Assembly: GCA_963782525.1 (NCBI GenBank)
Contig: CAWAKC010000011.1
Span: 32,001 to 96,000, forward strand
Reading direction: 5' to 3'
Length of the DNA stretch: 64,000 bases
Origin: Candidatus Bathyarchaeota archaeon
GTDB taxonomy: Archaea > Thermoproteota > Bathyarchaeia > Bathyarchaeales > Bathycorpusculaceae
Shown here: in pieces, positions 28,921-38,919 of the stretch
Position numbering within the stretch: position 1 is the stretch's first letter
How the letters are laid out: each line of letters begins with the position of its first letter
Made by a program: the position numbers and the translations under genes
The notes under the pieces: generated by a model
Seen by the model: the letters and a program-made list of their open reading frames with translations, nothing else
Told to the model about the DNA's origin: nothing
Database searches by the model: none

Positions 28921-30057
28921 TTGAAGAGAATCTCAGTATTTTTTCTTGCCTCTATTGTTATAGCAGTCTTATGCCAAATAAAATTGGATTCATTTGGTTC
29001 ACCAACCATTTCACCGATTGTATTAACAACCTCTTGCCCAGAAAACGTAACTGTTTACTTTTTAGACGTGGGCCAAGGCGATTCAATTCTGATAAAAACG
29101 CCTTCTAAGAACATATTGATTGATGGCGGACCAACTAGCGCAGGCACCACGGTACTAAATGACTTGAATGATTGCCATGTAACAAAAATTGATTTGATGG
29201 TTGCCACTCATCCTCATGAAGACCATATAGGTGGCTTAATCGCCGTTTTGCAGTCAACAATACCCACTCAAGACATCATCTACAATGGCTTTAACTCCAC
29301 AACTCAAACCTATGGTAATTGGAAAACTTTAGCTTTGGCACATAACTTAACTCAAGCCAGCAGAAGCCAGGTTTATGCAATGTCCCCAACAATTAACTTC
29401 ACTGTTTTAAGCCCAACCAATCCCCTTCTGTTTAGTGATGTAAACGCTGAAAGTATTGTTATGAAGCTTCAGGTTGGTAACACAAGTGTTCTTTTGACTG
29501 GAGATGCACAATTTGATACTGAACAAAGTATACTCTCTTCTGGCTATAATTTTCATAGTCAAGTTTTAAAAGTGGGGCATCATGGAAGTAGCACTAGTAC
29601 TTCTCAAGCTTTTCTAAGTGGTGTTACCCCAACTTGCGCCGTTATCAGTGCTGGGATTAATAATCAATATGGGCATCCTACCCAACAGACACTTGACATA
29701 CTAGCAAGTAATAGCATAATCACTTATGGCACTTACAGTTATGGAACAATAGTCTTTTCTTTAAACTCTGCAACTCAAACCACGATTCCTACGCCAACTC
29801 CCAGCCCAACCCCAACTCCCTCACCTAACCCTAGCCCAACACCTTCCCAAACACCTATTCCTACTCCCGCAAACACGCCAACTTCTACCCCTCCCCCTGC
29901 AAGTACACCAACTCAAAACCCAACAGCAAATACAACTTCTCATCCTTCGCCTACACCAACAATACCAGAGTTTCCATCAATGTTGATCATAGTAGCTCTG
30001 ATAATAGCAGGCTCCATCAATGTGTTAATGCTGAAAAAGAAACTCCGTAATTTTTAA
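28921..30057 (+). CDS. ComEC/Rec2-type metallo-beta-lactamase-fold nuclease with Pro/Thr linker and PEF-CTERM-like tail
   Basis: [33 protein letters not shown] and YGHP motifs, then IPEFP, a TM helix and KKK. Confidence 0.87.
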   Translation: MKRISVFFLASIVIAVLCQIKLDSFGSPTISPIVLTTSCPENVTVYFLDVGQGDSILIKTPSKNILIDGGPTSAGTTVLNDLNDCHVTKIDLMVATHPHEDHIGGLIAVLQSTIPTQDIIYNGFNSTTQTYGNWKTLALAHNLTQASRSQVYAMSPTINFTVLSPTNPLLFSDVNAESIVMKLQVGNTSVLLTGDAQFDTEQSILSSGYNFHSQVLKVGHHGSSTSTSQAFLSGVTPTCAVISAGINNQYGHPTQQTLDILASNSIITYGTYSYGTIVFSLNSATQTTIPTPTPSPTPTPSPNPSPTPSQTPIPTPANTPTSTPPPASTPTQNPTANTTSHPSPTPTIPEFPSMLIIVALIIAGSINVLMLKKKLRNF

Positions 30058-30590
30058 AGAATTAAGATTTAAGTTGATGGGGGATTATCGGGGAAATCCC
30101 CATCTTCTCATGAGAAGTTCTCCTTTCTCCTCAAACAAGAAGTTGGTTACAAGCCTTAAAAGGGATATTCCCAGAGTTAGACTATATCAAAAAGCAGTCA
30201 GCTCTATTATCTATCTATATTTTTAAAGAATGCTTCTTTACAATATCTTACTTTAATTGCTCTATCCTATACATTGAGTTAATTTACACCTTATTGTACA
30301 AACAATTTAGAAAAGTGAAATTGGGAATTGGGCATATTAAAACAAAAAATTGGGAAGAAGGGCAGAGCATATTTGAACCCTTTTTGATAGCAGAGTATTC
30401 AATGCTATTCGTTGGAGTCCTTTTTTAAATTGATTTTTAGGAAGATTCTCTTTCCTAATTGCTCTTTCCTTCCAAAATATACTTGACTTGAACCAAATTT
30501 AAGACTTGTGTGTTGTAAGGGTGATAACACAAATAATTGGGTAATAAAAATTCCTTAACCAAATAGAACTTATTTGCTTAGTCAGAAACC

Positions 30591-30721
30591 GAGACTGTGT
30601 AAAAAGTCAGTTTGGATTTTGAAAATTGCTTCATTGTTGTTAAAAGCCGTTTTATCAGCCATTGCTTTTTGCGAGCAAATCAGCAATTTTTTGAAAAGCA
30701 ATTGAGTTATCACACAGTCTC
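30591..30721. mobile_element. 131-bp MITE
   Basis: TIRs GAGACTGTGTAAAAAGTCA and (reverse complement) GAGACTGTGTGATAACTCA, 16/19 identical. AACC direct repeats at 30587-30590 and 30722-30725. Confidence 0.8.
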
Positions 30722-30839
30722 AACCTTCGACTAAAGGCAATAGTGCATTTTTTCCTCATCATCAGATAATTGCTTTTTTGGGTGTTCTCTTATAGGGAAC
30801 ATATTGTTCTCTAGAGAGAGTTTTAGGGATGTTAAGATA

Positions 30840-30977
30840 GACTAAGAGTTTACTTGGATTCTCTAAGCCCTCAAAATGTATTAGGGCATTGTTCAGTTGG
30901 CTTTTGGCATCCTCTTGCAGTAAAGGTCGTTCCGGTAAACTCTGTATTAGTCAACTTCAAAACCATGTGCTTGGTTG
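30840..30977 (-). pseudogene. Decayed second int(C) remnant
   Basis: DAKSQLNNALIHFEGLENPSKLL (30840-30911) aligns with YATAQFNNAMKYSECLDNPSKIL of int(C). Same position relative to its att copy. Confidence 0.65.
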
Positions 30978-31006
30978 CTCCTGAGTTGGGGGTCGAGGAT
31001 TCAAAT
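30978..31006 (+). repeat. att copy 4 (degenerate)
   Basis: CTCCTGAGTTGGGGGTCGAGGATTCAAAT, 27/29 identical to the tRNA anticodon-to-T-arm segment. Confidence 0.82.
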
Positions 31007-31266
31007 AGTCTTATCTGTCACTAAAATTTACCAGCTGTACATAACTGATGCATTACATGTGGGGCAATGTGGATGACCAAAAGAATCAAACTTTATCTTG
31101 GTTCCACTCTTAAGTTCATGACGTGGATTGCCTAAGCAGTGGGCATCATTTTCTAATTTATACTCATGTTCCATTTCAGAACCTTTGACCTTAACCATTC
31201 AGCGTTCGCTAGTATTAAATAAATTTGTTTAAGTAATTTGCGCAATAAATTTGGGGCATAGATTGG

Positions 31267-31731
31267 TTAAATTGTTGAGAAAAGTGAGAATGCAGTGAAT
31301 TTTCTGCTTTGGGGCTCCCACTTATGACATAGTTGGTGCTGGCTTTGACACTTCCTTTTTTTCCCTGAAAATGCGATTTTTCCACCTTTTATGCCCAGTA
31401 TAAAGCCTATTATGAATCCTCCACCCATGATTACGCTGGGTTTCGAGAATACTATTGCCATCATGCCCCATGTTTCTTTGTTCTCGGGTTTAAGGTGTAA
31501 CATTAGGGCTCCAAGTAATACTATAATGCCAAATATCAAGCCAACAGCTGCGAGTTCTATTAGAAACGTCGGATCATTTCCGGTTGACCCGGGTAGCGTA
31601 GGCATGATTCCAATAAACCACTTAGCTACAACTCCAAGGAGTATCCCGTTGATTATTATTAGAATTCCCGCAATTAAAGTCAGATTGAAAGCTTTAGTTG
31701 GTCTCTCAGTTAGAGCGCTCGATTTGTCCAT
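31267..31731 (-). CDS. Small multi-TM membrane protein (possibly degenerate C-terminus)
   Basis: LIAGILI and GGGFIIGFILGI.GG motifs common in archaeal membrane proteins. Confidence 0.6.
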   Translation of the reverse strand: MDKSSALTERPTKAFNLTLIAGILIIINGILLGVVAKWFIGIMPTLPGSTGNDPTFLIELAAVGLIFGIIVLLGALMLHLKPENKETWGMMAIVFSKPSVIMGGGFIIGFILGIKGGKIAFSGKKRKCQSQHQLCHKWEPQSRKFTAFSLFSTI

Positions 31732-31874
31732 TAGTTGTAACCTCTATTAACTCTTTATGTTGGCTTTTTCTTTTTAGATTTTTCGTTGATTTTAAGGGCG
31801 GCCTAATCAATTCCTTCTCTGGTGCCTACCACATCGCGTATAAGTTTTTAAAGACAACTCTATACTGATGGCAC

Positions 31875-32078
31875 ATGCCTGACAAAAAGTTTTACGAAAA
31901 GAGCGTGACGATTGGCACGGAAACCGTCGCTGCTAGAACGTATCGGTGCCCCGTTCATCACGTTGTCTTATTCAGGGTTCCTGCAGACTTACCTGTACCT
32001 AAAGAAACAATAGAGTTCGATTGTCCACAGGGCGACAAAGTTGTGGTTCCTAAGTTTGATGATTCTCAAAAAATCTAA
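31875..32078 (+). CDS. Small putative Zn-binding protein
   Basis: YRCPVH...FDCPQG. Confidence 0.55.
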   Translation: MPDKKFYEKSVTIGTETVAARTYRCPVHHVVLFRVPADLPVPKETIEFDCPQGDKVVVPKFDDSQKI

Positions 32079-32107
32079 GGAACAAATTTGGAGTTGAGGG
32101 TGAAAAA

Positions 32108-32362
32108 ATGGCGGCGAAACCTGCAGATGAGTCAATCGAAACCGTAACACGATCAATAACAACTAACGATGCAGACCGCAAGTTTATTCTTGCAATGGTA
32201 GTTATCGCAGCGTTTATCGTCATGTTATTCGTTCCCATAGTAACCAATAATAGTACGCTTTTCTCGACCGTTGCAACAGCTATGACGGGGCTCGTGGTAA
32301 CCATAATTGGCTATTACTTCGGAAGCGAAAAGAATCAATCAACAACAACGCCTTCACAATGA
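32108..32362 (+). CDS. Small 2-TM protein with GYYFGS motif
   Basis: Two TM helices, TIIGYYFGS, purine-rich RBS-like sequence upstream. Confidence 0.65.
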   Translation: MAAKPADESIETVTRSITTNDADRKFILAMVVIAAFIVMLFVPIVTNNSTLFSTVATAMTGLVVTIIGYYFGSEKNQSTTTPSQ

Positions 32363-32483
32363 TTCTTTAGCGTAAGTTAAGGTTTCAAGTTTGTCCAATC
32401 TTTTTTTCCGGTGTCATTAGCCTTAATATCGATTTCACTTAGTGGAATGTGGCAATTTTAGGAGATGAAAGATTGTTTACTCT

Positions 32484-32656
32484 TCATGGATATCCTTCAA
32501 TTTTACCCCCAACCCATCGGCGGCAGGAAACACAGCAATCATTACGATAACTGTTCCATTATCCACCAGTCGAGGAACATGCACAGACACGCTCACTGGA
32601 ACTGACCCTTCAGGCTTAACACAAAAACAACTATAACGCTTACCGTTACCAGATAA
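32484..32656 (+). pseudogene. Fragment of an Ig-like repeat similar to the S53 C-terminal repeats
   Basis: SWISFNFTPNPSAAGNTAIITITVPLSTSRGTCTDTLTGTDPSGLT, then frameshift to TITLTVTR*. No start codon. Confidence 0.5.
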
Positions 32657-32800
32657 ACTACAATCCATTTTTTATTTATTTTTTTAGAGAATTAAAATTT
32701 GTCCTTACATAATTTGCGCATTAAAATGTTTTAGCATTTAATGAATTAATTTTGTTTAGCAATGCTTCTTAAAGGTTAATAAGGGAATGGAAATAAGCGC

Positions 32801-34579
32801 TTGGATGGAAGAGAGTTTCAAATGCAAAAAACGAAAGGCGTCTGTCTGTTCTCTAAATTAATTGTTAAAAGTAAATCGTTCAAGATTATTACTCCAATCG
32901 TATTAGTGGCATTACTTTTTGTGGGTATGATTACACCTCTTTACGCACTTACACCAGCTAGGGATTTGACTGGAACTTGGAGAAGCGGAGTATCCGGCGT
33001 TTATTATGACATGGATCCTTCAGACGGTAGCACGCGGATGAATGATATAACCGCAACGTACCAGATGGATATAACTCAAACGGGTAGTCAAATTCAAATA
33101 GTGTTCTATACTTATCCGACAAGCTACAAAACTGACACCGCCTACTGGAACGAATACGGCATGGCTGGTGTTCCTCCTGTAAGCGGAGGTGATATTCTGT
33201 TTAAGGGAACTGTTTCAGGGGCAAGCTTTAGCGCAGACGAATACCCTGCAAGCTCATTGACACAGGAACATTTAGCCGGCACGTTCACAACAGACATCAT
33301 CACAGCAACCCTCACTGGGCTTCTATACACAAGCGACACCAACGGAATAATCGTTATCCGTTCAGGCTCATCCGCCACCGTGCCGCCCATTGCAACTGTA
33401 GCCCCCACTGCAACTCCTGCCCCTACACCCGCCTTGCCCACATCAGATAACTTAGGCAGCGTTTCACAAGTTCAAGGTTCTGCGACGTTTGCCGACACAG
33501 GCTCCTCGGTCACAACTCAAAGCTCCATCGGAACCGGGGCTGAAATCAAAACTGGTGCCGACACAATTGTCGCATTCAGCTATCCCGACATTGGAGGAAC
33601 CGTATATTTGGGTGCAAACTCGGATGCGGCATGGGTTTATCCCGAAAAACAAACAGATCCAATGACTGGAACTATAACCTACACAATAGTACCTTCGCCG
33701 ACGACAGGTTCTATCCCGTTTGAAACTGGGGCGGAAGCCGACGAATTCGGTCAAGTCGCCATAACATTACCGATAGAAATCGGAGTTGGCATGTTATTGC
33801 TGGGTGAGACCCTTCCAATAGCTTTGACGGGCGCCGCAGTAGTCGAAGGAACGATGCTCCTTGGAACAGGCATCGCATACATCCATGAACAGTTGTCCCC
33901 GCAAGAAGGTACCCTTGATGTAAGACCTGTTCAGGTGCCTCAGGGAATGGTGATGGGCTCCGGAACCGATTATGTGGTGATGGTTTCCAATGACTCGACT
34001 ACTATCCAAGTTATGGCTGGCTCAGTCATATTCGTCGACCAATATACCAACAACACAATTACTGTGGGCGCAAACCAGATGTTGACGCTTCCATCCGGAA
34101 TAACAACAGGATTTACCACACAAGACCTTCAAGCCAAAGTATCGGCATTCGACGCTTCATCAATTAACCAGTGGTGGATAATTACCCCTATTGCTACACC
34201 GATGACACCCACAACTACTCCTGCAGCTCCGACCAATACTGCTGCCCCCACAAACGCATTAAACAACGGCGGTACAAACTTCCTTTCTGACCCCATGATT
34301 TTAGCGTTTATTTTAGTAATAGTCATTGTTGTAGTCGTTGTTCTCATCGCAGTAACCAAGCAAAAACGTTCAAGTCAGACACGCATATCGAATCGGAAGT
34401 CTCGCAACCAAAAAATCACCCCGTCAACCAAGGAAACAGGAGTCCCAATGCAGCCTGTAGCCACGCAACCCAAAGGTGTTTTCTGCCCCAACTGTGGAAA
34501 CCAACTTCTCAATACCGCAGGTTCATGTCCATTCTGCCACGCAGACCTAAGCCAATGGTATCCAAACGACAAAAAATAG
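32801..34579 (+). CDS. Surface protein with FecR-like segment, TM anchor and cytoplasmic zinc ribbon
   Basis: Signal peptide, GTDYVV.V....T.I.V..GSV, Pro/Thr linkers, TM helix, CPNCG...CPFC. Confidence 0.7.
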   Translation: MDGREFQMQKTKGVCLFSKLIVKSKSFKIITPIVLVALLFVGMITPLYALTPARDLTGTWRSGVSGVYYDMDPSDGSTRMNDITATYQMDITQTGSQIQIVFYTYPTSYKTDTAYWNEYGMAGVPPVSGGDILFKGTVSGASFSADEYPASSLTQEHLAGTFTTDIITATLTGLLYTSDTNGIIVIRSGSSATVPPIATVAPTATPAPTPALPTSDNLGSVSQVQGSATFADTGSSVTTQSSIGTGAEIKTGADTIVAFSYPDIGGTVYLGANSDAAWVYPEKQTDPMTGTITYTIVPSPTTGSIPFETGAEADEFGQVAITLPIEIGVGMLLLGETLPIALTGAAVVEGTMLLGTGIAYIHEQLSPQEGTLDVRPVQVPQGMVMGSGTDYVVMVSNDSTTIQVMAGSVIFVDQYTNNTITVGANQMLTLPSGITTGFTTQDLQAKVSAFDASSINQWWIITPIATPMTPTTTPAAPTNTAAPTNALNNGGTNFLSDPMILAFILVIVIVVVVVLIAVTKQKRSSQTRISNRKSRNQKITPSTKETGVPMQPVATQPKGVFCPNCGNQLLNTAGSCPFCHADLSQWYPNDKK

Positions 34580-34928
34580 CCCTTCTCAAACGGGTTTAAT
34601 TCTTTATTTTTTATGTTTTGCCTGAAAAAATAAATTCCAGCATGCGCCATTATTGTTAAGGTAATTTTATTTGCATGGCAAAATGGTCGTCTGTTGCCCC
34701 AAATGCAAAACACCTCAGCAAGTTACAAGACCTGACAGCAGTCATCCATTTTGGTCCACTGAGAAACCATCGGAGACCATAGAAAAATAAGTTCCCTGTA
34801 ACAGTCAATGCAATGCAAAAACTCAGACCGTAACGAAAAATTCGACGTTTACTGGTATAACAAATAAAATTACTGAAGCCATTTCTCCTGCTCTAATTAG
34901 CCAAGCGTAACGCTCTGAGTTTCGATCG

Positions 34929-35123
34929 CTACATTATTGATTGTACTCTGCCAACTTTACCGTCTGTTAGACGCACTTTGATTCCATGAGGATGCGTTGG
35001 ACTATTGGTAAGAATTTCTTTCACGATTCCCTCGGTTAATGTGCCGCTTTGCTGATGTTGCTTTAACACGATTTTTACTCGGATTCCAGCTTTGATTTGG
35101 CTTCGCTGTTGATTAGGTAGCAT
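34929..35123 (-). CDS. YwbE family protein (DUF2196)
   Basis: LT.G.V..ILT.S..HPHGIKVRL..G.VGRV. Confidence 0.88.
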   Translation of the reverse strand: MLPNQQRSQIKAGIRVKIVLKQHQQSGTLTEGIVKEILTNSPTHPHGIKVRLTDGKVGRVQSIM

Positions 35124-35194
35124 TTCTTCTCATATGACCCACGTAGTTTATAGTGTTTCTCTATTTTTTCAAACAACGCTGACTAGAATTGGCA

Positions 35195-36409
35195 TTAAAC
35201 CGTTTGGTTCCAGAAGTAGATATGCTGGTATCCCTTGCCAGCTATCGGGAACTGAGCGTCGTCGTACACGATGTCTAAGTTTGTGCCGTATTGGTTGATG
35301 AGTTTTTCTTTGATGTTCCAGATTTGGGCAGAATTGCTGTCTGGACGCCAGAGTCCCCAGATGGAGTCGTTTTGGTTTCTCATGCCCCACCCGTAATCAT
35401 GCGGCAAAACCAAAACCGCATCAGGCTCATCGTTTACTTTGAGGGTTTGTATGTTGTTCCAGAATTTCTCTAAAGCTGCAAAATGCTCATCGGTTAAGAT
35501 TCCGTAGGGGTTGTCGTTTATTTGTGGGTAATCGAAGATTACGGCGTATTTTGCGCCTGACCTGTAAGCCGTCATGAGTTGGTTGTACATTTCAGTGCCA
35601 TTTACCAGGTATGGGGGTTGGTCGTATGTCCAGGTTATTATGGTTCCCCACGTCTTGTTCTGCATTCGTGCAGCGCCTCTAGCTAAATCGATGGGTTGGA
35701 TGATACTTTGGTTGGAGCCAAACTCAGCGAAGATGGTGTCGTAGCCGCCTAAATAATCAAACCAATAGAGGGCATAATCCGATGTGAACGAGTGGATTTG
35801 ACGGGTTTCTAATTCGTTGAGTCCCAAGCCCGATTCTACGGCTGTTAGAAAATGGTAGGCTGCCTGATTGTTGTCAATGGGTAGTGAACCGTTGAGTAGA
35901 AGGTCAATTCCCGGCAAATGCTGAAGGTAGATTGAGGTGTCGCGGATTTTTATTTGGTTAAAATAGCCTGTCCAGTTCACATCTAATGTTTGTCCGCCGG
36001 GTTCATCATTGAGGTATATTCCCAAAAAATGGCTACCCCACGTCTGTTTGGCATAGTCTAGCCAAGGTATCTGCCAAGGATAGGCTGGGTTAAAGTAGCC
36101 AAAATAGACGATAACGTCTAAACGTGAATCAACAGCATATTTGACTATTTCATTCAACGATGTTTCGTTCGTGCTGACAGGACCTGATTGCACCACGAAA
36201 AGGTTAGTGAAATCTTTGACTCTATCGATTAGCACTTTTGCTTGCGCGGTTGTGTTTCCGCCGAAAGATACGCCAACGTGAAAACCAGCTGTCTGGGGTT
36301 GCTTCTCTTTGTCTTTCTGGTTAAGGTAGGGCAAAAGCAGTTCAGCGGAGGCAAAAACTAAGATTATAACTATTATGCCCGCCAGAATGACAACTGTTAA
36401 CCGCTTCAA
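35195..36409 (-). CDS. Membrane-anchored glycoside-hydrolase-like hypothetical protein
   Basis: N-terminal TM, FLGIYLNDEPGG, FTSDYALYWFDY..GYD.IFAEFG. Confidence 0.6.
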   Translation of the reverse strand: MKRLTVVILAGIIVIILVFASAELLLPYLNQKDKEKQPQTAGFHVGVSFGGNTTAQAKVLIDRVKDFTNLFVVQSGPVSTNETSLNEIVKYAVDSRLDVIVYFGYFNPAYPWQIPWLDYAKQTWGSHFLGIYLNDEPGGQTLDVNWTGYFNQIKIRDTSIYLQHLPGIDLLLNGSLPIDNNQAAYHFLTAVESGLGLNELETRQIHSFTSDYALYWFDYLGGYDTIFAEFGSNQSIIQPIDLARGAARMQNKTWGTIITWTYDQPPYLVNGTEMYNQLMTAYRSGAKYAVIFDYPQINDNPYGILTDEHFAALEKFWNNIQTLKVNDEPDAVLVLPHDYGWGMRNQNDSIWGLWRPDSNSAQIWNIKEKLINQYGTNLDIVYDDAQFPIAGKGYQHIYFWNQTV

Positions 36410-36512
36410 TAAAAGCCTCCTACTTGAAAAACCGTTTGCTACTAGCTCAAATGTAATTTCCAGTAAAAATAGGTTGCCACTTTGAATCTTGGCTTTCGTA
36501 CATGTAAGTTGG

Positions 36513-37313
36513 TTACTTTTTTTTGTTTTTCACTGCAAAATAAGAGAGAACTGCTAAAGGAACGACAAGTGCATACGAAACTAATGTTCCAAGCCAAACC
36601 CCCAGACTTGGATACAAAAACCGCACAGCAACACAGAAGGGTATTATCGTTAGAATACCCGAAAATACAAGCGGCTTGGTGATGGTGCGTGAAAATTTCA
36701 ATCCTTTGCTGTGATTCAGAATTATCAATGTGGACGTGAAGACCGCTGGAAACGCAGCGGCTATTCCACCGAGAACTGAACCGGCAACTTGACTCAGAAA
36801 CACCGACAGAGCAACCAGTGAACCAGCGCCGATTCCTCGTAGCGCAACTTCTTGGATGGTGTAGATTTTTTTCTCAGCCTTCAAATTTTCCAGTTTCAGT
36901 TTCTTGACGAACGCATAAAAGGTTAACGCAGAAATTACCGCTCCACTGACTAGCGCAAGCGAAAAATCGTTAAAGCCCGAAGCAACGATTAAGCCTGAAA
37001 TCACAAACCAAATCACTATCGAGATGGATATGCCCCATGCGAATCCTTTCTGGCTGAAGAAGGCGAAGAGGAACAGGTATGCGCTTGTTATGGCGAAGGC
37101 TAATGGGAAAACTGTGGTTGCTTGGACTGCGGCTGCTGAAGACTGATTTATGCCGATGAAGAAAAACGAGAACGCTGAGGTTGAGGGAAGACCGCCGAGA
37201 ATTCCGCCAACGATGCTGCCCTTCTTTTCGGCGACAACGGTGATGGAAGTTACCCACAAACTGCCGACTGCGAAAGCTAAAAGAAGATGGGTCAGCATCG
37301 AAGCGTCAATCAT
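36513..37313 (-). CDS. DUF3147-like multi-TM membrane protein
   Basis: Internally duplicated G...GG.L.G.P and GG..AAFPA motifs. Confidence 0.65.
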   Translation of the reverse strand: MIDASMLTHLLLAFAVGSLWVTSITVVAEKKGSIVGGILGGLPSTSAFSFFFIGINQSSAAAVQATTVFPLAFAITSAYLFLFAFFSQKGFAWGISISIVIWFVISGLIVASGFNDFSLALVSGAVISALTFYAFVKKLKLENLKAEKKIYTIQEVALRGIGAGSLVALSVFLSQVAGSVLGGIAAAFPAVFTSTLIILNHSKGLKFSRTITKPLVFSGILTIIPFCVAVRFLYPSLGVWLGTLVSYALVVPLAVLSYFAVKNKKK

Positions 37314-37470
37314 GCGTTCAACTTTGCAGGCTTCTTGGTTAATTAATTTTTAGAATAAGGTAGTTTAGGATTCGATCCTATTTCGAGGGGCATATGTGAA
37401 TCTTAATCGTGATTCAATGCAGAAACCCATAGTGGGTAGGTTGTAAGAGCACTTCTGCGATAAAACTACG

Positions 37471-37932
37471 TTAATCTATGGGTTTTTTCCATCCGCCGTT
37501 GCTAAAGCGTGCGATGCACCCAAACGGAAACGCTAACAGAACGATATCAATAATGGCAACGCTCGTGAAGGACACGTTTAGGACTGTTTGCAGAACAAGG
37601 TTAACTGTGGAGAATGTTAGAAATAGAAAGATGCCGTTTAACCATATACCAACTTGCCACCCTTTAGTTTTGTACAATGTGTTGATTATGAATATGTTCA
37701 AGACGCCTAAGAAAATTGGCTGCACAAAATATGTTATGACTATTAAAAAGGCAAAACCGATCGGCGGCATATACATAGTCAAAGATAGTCGGGAACTATC
37801 CAACTGAGATTGAATGATAACTAACACTATTGTTAAAATCAAGCCTTGAATTAGGAGTTTCTCTACTAAACGTAGATGGCGCAAATGATTGAAGATTCTA
37901 TTTTCAGTTAGCGTTTTTTGCAATCCAGTCAC
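37471..37932 (-). CDS. 4-TM hypothetical protein
   Basis: Hydrophobic, overlaps the upstream GH-like gene. Confidence 0.6.
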   Translation of the reverse strand: MTGLQKTLTENRIFNHLRHLRLVEKLLIQGLILTIVLVIIQSQLDSSRLSLTMYMPPIGFAFLIVITYFVQPIFLGVLNIFIINTLYKTKGWQVGIWLNGIFLFLTFSTVNLVLQTVLNVSFTSVAIIDIVLLAFPFGCIARFSNGGWKKPID

Positions 37933-38833
37933 CTACTGTTTGTTCTGCGGGTCTGTCGCGGATTCCGTAGTCATCCAGTTGGCTGTTCCAGTAAACCAGC
38001 CAGCAGCCTTTAAGCCCCATGCTCTTGAAGAGGTTAAGTCCCTTTATGAGGAAGTCACTTTGAATTTGACTGTTGCTGGTTGACATGCCAAATTCTGTTA
38101 TGACTACGTCTTTGCACGTTATTTGGTGGAGGTATTGGATAAAGTGGGGCGATAACACGAGAAATGAATCCATGAATACGTCTAAACCTACAAAGTCAAG
38201 TTTTTTGCTAAGATCCATTGGCACGTTGCTTCTCAGAATATAGCCGATTCCAAAGTTTGTGTAATATTGGGCTGATAGATGGTGCGCTTGGACTGTTAAA
38301 TAAAGGCGGTCAAAGTTGCTGGTTATTTCGTCATCCGTGAATATAGATCCAACAGACCATGTTGAAGACAGCTCGGGTTCATTCATGACTTGCACATATT
38401 TGAGGTGGCTTCCCCAACGGTTAAGGTAATAATCCACTTTGTCGGTTGATTCTAAATTCTGAATAACCAAAGCCACAGGTAAGCCATAATTGTCGGTTGC
38501 CGCAAAGAAAGCATCTGTTTTTTGGTTTTGTAGGTCATCATAAATCAGTGGGTTGCATTCCAGTGTTATGCGTATGGCTTTAAAACCTAAATCGTGAATA
38601 CGTGTGACTTCCCCGAAAATCTGGCTTAAGTTGTCCTGTTCGTAAACGTAGTGGATTCCAACCTGAAACGGAGAATTCGCATCCCTTTGCGCTGAAGCAT
38701 AATACTGGTAAGGAAAGAAGATTTGGACCAAAATGAACAATATGCAGAAAGTGATGACGATGAGGTTTTTTATCAAACTCTTATTCGTAAACCAAACGAA
38801 GCCATGACCGAGGTTTCCTAAGAGCTTACTCAT
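37904..38833 (-). CDS. Clan GH-A-like glycoside hydrolase, membrane-anchored
   Basis: LGF..IR, NEP (acid/base) and ITEFG (nucleophile) motifs, N-terminal TM. Confidence 0.65.
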   Translation of the reverse strand: MSKLLGNLGHGFVWFTNKSLIKNLIVITFCILFILVQIFFPYQYYASAQRDANSPFQVGIHYVYEQDNLSQIFGEVTRIHDLGFKAIRITLECNPLIYDDLQNQKTDAFFAATDNYGLPVALVIQNLESTDKVDYYLNRWGSHLKYVQVMNEPELSSTWSVGSIFTDDEITSNFDRLYLTVQAHHLSAQYYTNFGIGYILRSNVPMDLSKKLDFVGLDVFMDSFLVLSPHFIQYLHQITCKDVVITEFGMSTSNSQIQSDFLIKGLNLFKSMGLKGCWLVYWNSQLDDYGIRDRPAEQTVGDWIAKNAN

Positions 38834-38919
38834 GTTAACAATAAAGGGCTTGATTTCTTTTTAAGTCTTAATCAATTAACCTAAAAAAATAAAAATAAAA
38901 AACAAAGGGAAACTTTGTT

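Noticed and set aside
29770-29960. Pro/Thr/Ser-coding quasi-repeats (also about 50810-51120 and 53890-54060)
   Set aside because: Ordinary low-complexity linkers of surface proteins.
30076-30104. Hairpin GATGGGGGATT...AATCCCCATC after the ComEC-like gene
   Set aside because: Single short inverted repeat, at most a terminator or stability element.
26129-31006. att copies as extra or split tRNA genes
   Set aside because: They lack 5' halves and complementary leader sequences, and their position next to integrase fragments explains them.
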